From Nanobdellati archaeon (GTDB taxonomy: Archaea; Nanobdellota; Nanobdellia; Woesearchaeales; JAADFO01): a stretch of 43,327 nucleotides of DNA. Below are positions 37,287 through 43,327 of the stretch, one piece after another. Within the stretch, counting starts at the first letter, position 1. Each line of letters opens with the position of its first letter. A program made the translations under genes and the position numbers. The notes under the pieces were generated by a model. That model was given only the letters and a program-made list of their open reading frames with translations. It did not search any database and had not been told where the DNA came from. The stretch lies in assembly GCA_013152815.1 (NCBI GenBank), contig JAADFO010000011.1:1-43327 (forward strand). The letters run 5' to 3'.

Positions 37287-37389
37287 AGCCCCAAATTCAT
37301 TCCGTTAAAACATAAAGTGCATAGCGCAATCAAGAGAGTGTCCCGTTCTAATCTAAAAAATCCCCCTCTTTTACAAAATAGTAATTCAA
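37287..37389 (-). repeat. Four-block non-coding element, copy B (inverted)
   Basis: Reverse complements of the copy-A blocks at 37380-37389, 37357-37368, 37334-37344 and 37287-37294. Confidence 0.7.
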
Positions 37390-38480
37390 GAATTGTATTT
37401 AACATCCGTTCTTTTCCCTTTTGTCCCCTTTCTTGCTTTGCTCTTCTGCTTTGGTGTCTGCTGCTGCCGATCCACAAAGCCTCCTGCGACAAGGAGAGGG
37501 AACGTGATGCTTGCGTCACCGACGACCTTGGCGTTGGGAGCATCGGGCCTGTTGCCCCAGGACATGGCTTCCTGGATGTTTGCGCCGGCGTTGCTCCCTT
37601 CGTATTCCATCGCTGTTGTCAGGTAGATGGCATAATCTGCTCCGTCACGGAACAGGTTGGCGTTCGCTATCATGTGTTTCGGCAGGGAACCTCCCAGGGC
37701 GATGATGCCGGTCCTCTTCGCATTGATGGCCAGATTGGTGATCTCCACGATGTCATCGGTGATATCCAGCAGGAACTCGGGATGCTGCTGCTTGAAGAAA
37801 TAGACCATATCCCCGATGGAGCCGTCGGTCAGGGCAGGACAGAACAGGGGTATGTCGTTCCTGGTCGCCCAGTAGAGTATCGAATGCTCATCCTTGACCG
37901 TCTTCCCGAGCTCATGGACAAACTCCCGTGAGGCCATGGCACGACCATGCTGCTTCTGGAGGGCGAGCATGCGTTCCAGAAACGGCATCATGAGACGTTC
38001 AAAATAGAGATAACGGTCATTGGGGATGAAGGTATTGCCTGTGCGGTTGATGCCCTTGTCCCGCAATGCCCCTCCCGGCGCGTCGTAGTTGCCGATGACA
38101 AAGGGCTTGAGCGCCTTGATGATGTCCTCTTCAACACCGCCAGCGGTCGTCACGAGCACATCGACGAGCTTGTGTTTGACAAGATAGGCGATGACTTCGC
38201 GGACACCGCAGGACACCATGTTCGACGTATAGCCCAGGAAGATGACCGCTTTGGTCTTTCTCATCTGCCTGACGATATCGATGGCCTTGGCGAGCTCGGT
38301 GGCCTGGAACCCTGTGGAGAACAAGGAGTCCAGATAGTGCTGGAAATCCAGGCCCTTCTCGAAATCATAGCCTTTGACCTGTGGCCAATCATCGAGGGTC
38401 AGCACGGCTTCCACATAATTGACTGCATGGGCTTTCTTGACCTTCTTCTCGTCGATCTTGATGTACCGTCGCATGGGCAT
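37386..38480 (-). CDS. dys: Deoxyhypusine synthase homologue lacking the catalytic lysine
   Basis: TGFQAT, GYTSNMVS, TTAGGVEED, CPALTDGSIGD, GGSLPKH; EAMSWGN replaces the canonical SWGK. Confidence 0.92.
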   Translation of the reverse strand: MPMRRYIKIDEKKVKKAHAVNYVEAVLTLDDWPQVKGYDFEKGLDFQHYLDSLFSTGFQATELAKAIDIVRQMRKTKAVIFLGYTSNMVSCGVREVIAYLVKHKLVDVLVTTAGGVEEDIIKALKPFVIGNYDAPGGALRDKGINRTGNTFIPNDRYLYFERLMMPFLERMLALQKQHGRAMASREFVHELGKTVKDEHSILYWATRNDIPLFCPALTDGSIGDMVYFFKQQHPEFLLDITDDIVEITNLAINAKRTGIIALGGSLPKHMIANANLFRDGADYAIYLTTAMEYEGSNAGANIQEAMSWGNRPDAPNAKVVGDASITFPLLVAGGFVDRQQQTPKQKSKARKGTKGKRTDVKYNS

Positions 38481-38789
38481 GGTGATCACCTTGGTTAGTG
38501 GAGGACTGTTCTTTTATGCGCTGTGGTTATGTCGTGAGACAGCATGGATGCCCTGCATTGAGCGGAAAGGAAGAACAGGAAATGAGCAGGGCAAGGACCA
38601 GAGAGAGCAAGAAGGCTCATGAACCGTTGACACGCACAGTATCGAAGAGAGCGCTGCTGGTGCTGGAGAGACAGATCATGGCCATCAACCCAAGGGAATG
38701 AGAGGCTCTTTTTAACCATTGCTGTCCTTTCTGGCCGCCCTATGTCGTTAGAGCAAACCTTTATAAAGGCATCGGGGTTGCTCGTATCC

Positions 38790-38990
38790 ATGGGACGAAT
38801 CAAGACCGTACCGATCAAGAGCAAGACCTTTGACATCTTCGAGAAGCATGGGGACATCCTTTCTGACAAGTATGAGGAGAACAAGGCGAAGCTTCCGACG
38901 CTGGCCACGATAAAGTCCAAGAAGCTCCGGAACGTCGTCTCCGGCTACATCACCAGGCTCCATAAACGAAGGAGCAAAGAGGATCAGTAA
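38790..38990 (+). CDS. rps17e: 30S ribosomal protein S17e
   Basis: MGRIKT...YEENK...SKKLRNVVSGYITR; TTTATAAA box about 25-30 nt upstream. Confidence 0.95.
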   Translation: MGRIKTVPIKSKTFDIFEKHGDILSDKYEENKAKLPTLATIKSKKLRNVVSGYITRLHKRRSKEDQ

Positions 38991-39004
38991 AAGCTCAGAA
39001 GGGC

Positions 39005-39886
39005 TCAATATTCTCCGAGAAGCTTTTGTTCTGCCAGCAGCGGGGACGCCCGGAACCCCTCCCTGTTCAACGACGCTGCCAACTCCTCGGCAAAGCCATG
39101 GAACGTGAATATCCTGTCTGGATCGCAGCGCCCGACAAATCTCATGAGTGAAGGATGGTCTGCATGGTCAGAGATCGGGAAGCCACGGGAATGAGCGTGA
39201 CGGCTTGGCCGGTCCAGCACCCAGCCGGACAGGGTGATGGTCTTGAACCCGGGAAAGGACTGGTCTGATATGATGACATCTGCATCATCTCGCTGGCAGG
39301 AATAGGCAAGACCCAGCGCATCATTGATGGCCTGTACCGCATCATGCTGTATCTGGAACAGTATCTGATGCTGGTCGAGGATATGGCAGACCTCCTGGGC
39401 CTTGCCGAACGCATAGACGTCGAAGATGACCTTCTTCTGCTGTCGGACGAAGCCGATCATCTCCTGTATCGTCCGATGATAGCCTGGCATCGCGTATCTT
39501 TTTCTTCCGTAGGTGGCCTCCACGATCAGGGTCGAGCAGCTCCTCGGTCTCGCCTGGCCGCAGTATTTCTGTATGGTGTTGAAATCACCGGTGTAGAGCA
39601 GGTCATGCTCTCTGAGATAGAGCATCCTGCTGCCGATGGTGTGGCCCGCATCCAGGAGAAGGAGCCGGGAGTCCTTCCCGAAAGCGATCTTCCTGTTCTT
39701 GATGCGACAGGAGAGGACCTTCCTGGTCTCTGGAGAGCAGACGAGGGTCTTGTCCTTGAGACGAGTAGGAATGTGGTCGAAATGCCCGTGGGAGACGAAG
39801 GAGAGCTTTCCGCCGTTGTCCTTGGGAAGTATCTTTCCGCTCTCCAGGTCGATGGAGAACTGGTTATCGATGAGGATCGGTTCCAT
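39005..39886 (-). CDS. MBL-fold (beta-CASP-like) nuclease
   Basis: SHGHFDH, AGHTIGS, YTGD, VEATYG, YAFGKAQE, SDHAD, FHG. Confidence 0.88.
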   Translation of the reverse strand: MEPILIDNQFSIDLESGKILPKDNGGKLSFVSHGHFDHIPTRLKDKTLVCSPETRKVLSCRIKNRKIAFGKDSRLLLLDAGHTIGSRMLYLREHDLLYTGDFNTIQKYCGQARPRSCSTLIVEATYGRKRYAMPGYHRTIQEMIGFVRQQKKVIFDVYAFGKAQEVCHILDQHQILFQIQHDAVQAINDALGLAYSCQRDDADVIISDQSFPGFKTITLSGWVLDRPSRHAHSRGFPISDHADHPSLMRFVGRCDPDRIFTFHGFAEELAASLNREGFRASPLLAEQKLLGEY

Positions 39887-40634
39887 TGAACACCTTGTTC
39901 CACAGAGAGGGGATGGCATATTCGGCCAGCGGCTTGAGATTCACGATATCCTCGCGGTTGTAGGCCAACAGCTTCTCCAGATGGCGCTCGTTCCCTGTTG
40001 TCTTCCACATCTGCCAGAGATAGATCGCGTCTTCACCCATCATATCCTGGACGTCTTTGCATCTCCTGATGTCGAGCAGCTTCTCGATGACCTTGAGACC
40101 GCCCGAGAGACCTATTCGTTTGCAGACAAATCGAAGGTCGATGTGAGGATGAGGGATATCAATATTCCAGAAACGCTTGATGACCGGGATGTCAAAGGAC
40201 AACCCATTGAAGGTCAACAGCACGGACGCATCCTTGATCGCTTTCTGGAAGCCGTGCTTGTCGAGGTTCTTGTCGCGCACCATGAGAAGGGCATCCTCTC
40301 CGTCATAGACACCGATGACCGTGATGTCACCGTAGTAGGAAGAGGTCTCGATGTCAATGTAGAGCGCGTTCGCGTTCATCAGGTCCCACAGACGATAGTG
40401 CTCTGAGACCGGAAGCCGCTCGGTAAAATAGGAAAGGTCATCCTTCTCCAACGCCCTGGCTGCCTCTGCGATCCGTCTGTCGTAGAAAGATTTCCTGGCC
40501 CGGGAGAACCCCCTGATGGAGGGGGCGTCGAGAAATGCCTGCCAATCCGTGATGCCCGACCGCCATATCCTCTGCTCTGTCCGCAGACCGACACGGTCGA
40601 GAAAGATGAACGAATGTTCGAGCATAGAAACCAT
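39864..40634 (-). CDS. YprB-like RNase H-superfamily (RNase_H_2) exonuclease
   Basis: IDIETS, TFNGLSFDIP, HIDL, GGLKVIEK, YNREDIVNL. Confidence 0.88.
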   Translation of the reverse strand: MVSMLEHSFIFLDRVGLRTEQRIWRSGITDWQAFLDAPSIRGFSRARKSFYDRRIAEAARALEKDDLSYFTERLPVSEHYRLWDLMNANALYIDIETSSYYGDITVIGVYDGEDALLMVRDKNLDKHGFQKAIKDASVLLTFNGLSFDIPVIKRFWNIDIPHPHIDLRFVCKRIGLSGGLKVIEKLLDIRRCKDVQDMMGEDAIYLWQMWKTTGNERHLEKLLAYNREDIVNLKPLAEYAIPSLWNKVFNGTDPHR

Positions 40635-40778
40635 GACCAGGAAAGGATATTTTCTGGTTATAAGGTTTACGGAACCCTGTCCTGTGGGAAGTGGCCTGGT
40701 TCTTCAGGAACCAACCAACAAACCGACCGTGAACCCATAGAAACCCATAAATACTCAGGAAGGTTCGCCCTTGCCAAC

Positions 40779-41111
40779 ATGGCAAAGCATCAGACCAACC
40801 TGAGGATGTTCAGGCACATCACCAGCATGCTTGGGGGACATCTTCATTACAACGCCGACAGCAGGAACTATTTCATCATCTGCATCGACGATATACTGCC
40901 GGAGAATGATGTAAATCAGCTCCTTTCCGAGACCGGAAGGCGACACTTCTATGCGGCCCTGCCTGGGGCAGACTATGCAGTGGAGCATCCTGACAACATC
41001 CGATTCACCAAGTTCAAGGACCTGTTCCTCGATTCAGCCATCCTCCGGTTCTATGGCATAGGCTATGATGCAGGACGGACGAAGACGGCGAAGGATATCA
41101 GACAGGGGTGA
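40779..41111 (+). CDS. Hypothetical protein
   Basis: 110-aa ORF filling the gap with host-like codon usage; start inferred. Confidence 0.6.
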   Translation: MAKHQTNLRMFRHITSMLGGHLHYNADSRNYFIICIDDILPENDVNQLLSETGRRHFYAALPGADYAVEHPDNIRFTKFKDLFLDSAILRFYGIGYDAGRTKTAKDIRQG

Positions 41112-41187
41112 TACGCGGCTAGTTGCCATTGATAGGTAGTGATTTCTCAGATACATTTATAAAGAGGGATTGTTTTCTTCAACCATC

Positions 41188-42330
41188 ATGGAGATAACTG
41201 AGATCAACGACCTTAAGGGTCTGCAGGCGTTGGAGCCTGAATGGAAGGCCCTGCTCGACAACAGCTATAGTGCCACTTTCTTCCAGAGCCCTGAATGGAT
41301 CATCACCTGGACCAAGCATTTTCTTGACGACAGGAAGCTCAGGGTATTGGTCGCGCGCGAGCAAGGAGAGCTCGTCGGAATCGCTCCGCTGTTCATGACG
41401 CTCCAACGGGAGGGCGTCACCAACAGGACCATCAAGTTCCTGGGCGATCCACTGACCGACTATAACGATTACATCATCCATAATGATTACGTTGACAAGG
41501 TGCTTGAAGGCTTCTGCGGCCACCTCCATGCGCATGCCGATGAATGGAACCGGCTCCAGCTCAGAGAGATGCCCGGCGAATCAAAGACCCTCGCCTACAT
41601 CAAGAAAAAGCACAGGGCAAGCCTTCCGGTGAAGCAGGAAGAGACCTTCCGTTTCCGCATCTCTGAAGAGGACGGCTCGGTCGGGGAGATCATGGAACGG
41701 GTGGAGAAGAAGATCACCGAGCGGAGAGGACGGCTCAAGAAATTCATCCATTCCCAAGCCTATTCTGCCGGACTCGCAAAGGACTATGCCGAGTTCCTGT
41801 CGTTCATGGAGCGGCTGAAAGCGTTTCACATCAGACGCTGGGCCGATACCTCGACGCCCAGCTATTTCACCGACCCGAAGCACGTGCATTTTTTCGAGGA
41901 GCTGCACCGTCTGCTCTGGGACAGGGGCATGATCAACCTCTCTGTCGTCCGCAGACAAGGGGAGGTCATCGCGACCATCCTCTGTTATCTTTACCAGGAC
42001 CAATGCTATTATTACACCTCATCCTATTCCTGGGAAGCGAAGAACATCTCCCCTTCCCATGCGAACTTCCTGTCCACCATAGGTTTCTGCATCGAACGGG
42101 GATTCCATACCTTTGATTTCGGACGAGGGGATGAATCCTTCAAGAGAGAGTATGCCAACCATATCTGCAGGAACTACAGCATCGACGTGGTGAACAAGCC
42201 GGTCCTGATGCCGCTCCTCAAGGCCAAGCAGCTCTTCCTCGGCAGCCTCCGGGAGAATCCCAGGCTCTACAGGAAAGCCAAGCAGGTCAAGGAGTTCCTG
42301 GGGATCATGCATAAAAGTACAGTTGGTTGA
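41188..42330 (+). CDS. GNAT-family N-acetyltransferase (CelD/BcsL-like)
   Basis: FFQSPEW, LVGIAPL, DYND, SPSH, FDFGRGDESFK. Confidence 0.88.
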   Translation: MEITEINDLKGLQALEPEWKALLDNSYSATFFQSPEWIITWTKHFLDDRKLRVLVAREQGELVGIAPLFMTLQREGVTNRTIKFLGDPLTDYNDYIIHNDYVDKVLEGFCGHLHAHADEWNRLQLREMPGESKTLAYIKKKHRASLPVKQEETFRFRISEEDGSVGEIMERVEKKITERRGRLKKFIHSQAYSAGLAKDYAEFLSFMERLKAFHIRRWADTSTPSYFTDPKHVHFFEELHRLLWDRGMINLSVVRRQGEVIATILCYLYQDQCYYYTSSYSWEAKNISPSHANFLSTIGFCIERGFHTFDFGRGDESFKREYANHICRNYSIDVVNKPVLMPLLKAKQLFLGSLRENPRLYRKAKQVKEFLGIMHKSTVG

Positions 42331-42360
42331 TTCTTCAAGAGACACAAGAAACAGCAGCGC

Positions 42361-42392
42361 TCAGCTCTTCCCCAGTTTCTGGACAAAGCCTT
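42361..42392. repeat. 32-bp direct repeat, left copy
   Basis: TCAGCTCTTCCCCAGTTTCTGGACAAAGCCTT, identical to 43137-43168. Confidence 0.95.
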
Positions 42393-42425
42393 CAACCACA
42401 GGTAAATGTCCTCAAGAACAAAACA

Positions 42426-42465
42426 TTTATATATCCATTGATACTTTATAGGTATCCATTGATAC
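42426..42465 (+). promoter_or_regulatory. TATA box with tandem palindromic operators
   Basis: TTTATATA at 42426-42433; TATCCATTGATAC at 42432-42444 and 42453-42465 (RTATC-N4-GATAC, 21-bp period). Confidence 0.75.
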
Positions 42466-42480
42466 GAATAGGTGATAAAC

Positions 42481-42786
42481 ATGCCTGAACTCAAATTTAC
42501 TGATAATGAACTGATCGAAAAGATAGATCACAAGATAAGAAGATACCCCAATCTAAGCACGGTCCTCATGGTTGAGGACTTTCTGAAGAAGCACAGAGAT
42601 ATTCCCATAAAGATCTCTAGACTAAAACAAGCATTGCCAAGACAGGTCATGCATCAAACCTTGAAGATCATACTGGAATATCTTTTCAGAAGCGGAAAGA
42701 TCATGTACGGCCCTAAAGGAATTCAATGGATCTATGCAGAACCAGAACATCTAAAGAGAATGATGAAAGACACACTGGAGATCTAG
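42481..42786 (+). CDS. Winged-helix-like putative antitoxin/regulator
   Basis: PNLSTVLMVE...LPRQVMHQTLKIILEYL..SGKI; GGTGA RBS; 1 nt upstream of the toxin. Confidence 0.72.
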   Translation: MPELKFTDNELIEKIDHKIRRYPNLSTVLMVEDFLKKHRDIPIKISRLKQALPRQVMHQTLKIILEYLFRSGKIMYGPKGIQWIYAEPEHLKRMMKDTLEI

Positions 42787-42787
42787 G

Positions 42788-43129
42788 ATGTATGCAGGGA
42801 AAGAAGTAAGGATACTATTGAAAGGTCAAGCAAAGAACAGCTATCTCGCACTTAAGAAAAGAACAGACAAAGAATCGCAAAGCATCTTGAACTCAATAGA
42901 GAGAATAAAAACAATACTCAAAGACAATCCGCAATTCGGAGATCCGATAGCAAAGAGATTGATACCCAAATCATTGAAGGATCTAAACATCCAGAACCTG
43001 TATCGCGTTGAGCTATCAAATTACTGGAGAATGCTCTACACACTTGAAGGAAATAAGATTGAAATCTTTTTGTTCGTGCTGAATATAGCAGGCCATAAAG
43101 AATATGACAAATTATTCGGATACAAATAG
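42788..43129 (+). CDS. Putative RelE-like toxin
   Basis: LKDNPQFGDPI..RLIP, NLYRVELSNYWRMLYT, HKEYDKLFGY. Confidence 0.75.
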   Translation: MYAGKEVRILLKGQAKNSYLALKKRTDKESQSILNSIERIKTILKDNPQFGDPIAKRLIPKSLKDLNIQNLYRVELSNYWRMLYTLEGNKIEIFLFVLNIAGHKEYDKLFGYK

Positions 43130-43136
43130 AGGGGTT

Positions 43137-43168
43137 TCAGCTCTTCCCCAGTTTCTGGACAAAGCCTT
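43137..43168. repeat. 32-bp direct repeat, right copy (the last 32 nt of the downstream minus-strand gene)
   Basis: Identical to 42361-42392; encodes GFVQKLGKS* on the minus strand. Confidence 0.95.
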
Positions 43169-43327
43169 TGCTCATGAGCCAGGCATTTGCGAGGACGAAT
43201 GTCGGGTCGGATAGGGGAAGGTCGTTCATGGTGATCGGCGGGGTGATGGTCTTGAGCCAGTTCCACAGCGTCAGTTCTCCTGCCTTCCGGTACTGCATGA
43301 ATGCAGGGATATCCCGATGCAGGGAGA
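43137..43327 (-). CDS. 3' end of a gene running off the window; C-terminus resembles ATP-grasp carboxylate-amine ligases
   Basis: Open frame SLHRDIPAFMQYRKAGELTLWNWLKTI...DPTFVLANAWLMSKGFVQKLGKS*; family assignment is tentative. Confidence 0.6.
   Translation of the reverse strand, partial: SLHRDIPAFMQYRKAGELTLWNWLKTITPPITMNDLPLSDPTFVLANAWLMSKGFVQKLGKS

Larger units (their letters stand above)
42361..43168 (+). mobile_element. Minimal low-GC toxin-antitoxin insertion bounded by 32-bp direct repeats
   Basis: Perfect direct repeats 776 bp apart, an AT-rich interior, promoter plus two genes, no recombinase. Confidence 0.8.

Noticed and set aside
35160..37400. Integron cassette array or prophage
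   Set aside because: No integrase, no complete attC (R'' without R'), no virion genes, and the genes are not co-oriented
36848..37543. 231-aa ORF as a full-length exonuclease
   Set aside because: The N-terminal ~100 codons overlap the DHS gene and the non-coding element and lack the ExoI motif; only the part below about 37246 is homologous
1..43327. CRISPR array, tRNA or rRNA genes
   Set aside because: No regularly spaced repeats and no cloverleaf/T-arm or rRNA signatures were seen by eye; a covariance-model scan was not possible

Overview
Archaeal chromosomal window, most likely from a DPANN (Woesearchaeales-like) genome; this is inferred from TFS, rps17e, Elp3, Rio1, DHS, a short Dph2, TATA boxes and GGTGA ribosome-binding sites. 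The GC-rich core encodes a complete 2-oxoacid (probably pyruvate) dehydrogenase operon with lipoate genes (lipA, split LplA/LplB) and a second E3-like flavoprotein. It also encodes endonuclease IV, an OTC of the Giardia/Trichomonas type, GalT, translation-modification enzymes, a MoxR-DUF58-vWA/BatA cluster and two cation transporters. Three AT-rich accessory patches interrupt the core: about 1-1930 (dead IS200-like element plus a TA pair), about 35160-37400 (TA pair, Bro-N gene, truncated DEDDh exonuclease) and about 42393-43136 (TA pair). The most notable observations are five. (1) An unannotated 26-aa peptide ending in GCPFC shares a bidirectional TATA box with the orphan disulfide oxidoreductase. 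(2) A TA cassette is flanked by a perfect 32-bp duplication of a host gene 3' end. (3) A four-block non-coding element occurs twice, inverted, around the Bro-N/exonuclease insert. (4) The deoxyhypusine synthase lacks its catalytic lysine. (5) A single-base change appears to have removed both the lipA stop and the pdhA ATG. All family assignments come from motif recognition only; no searches were run.
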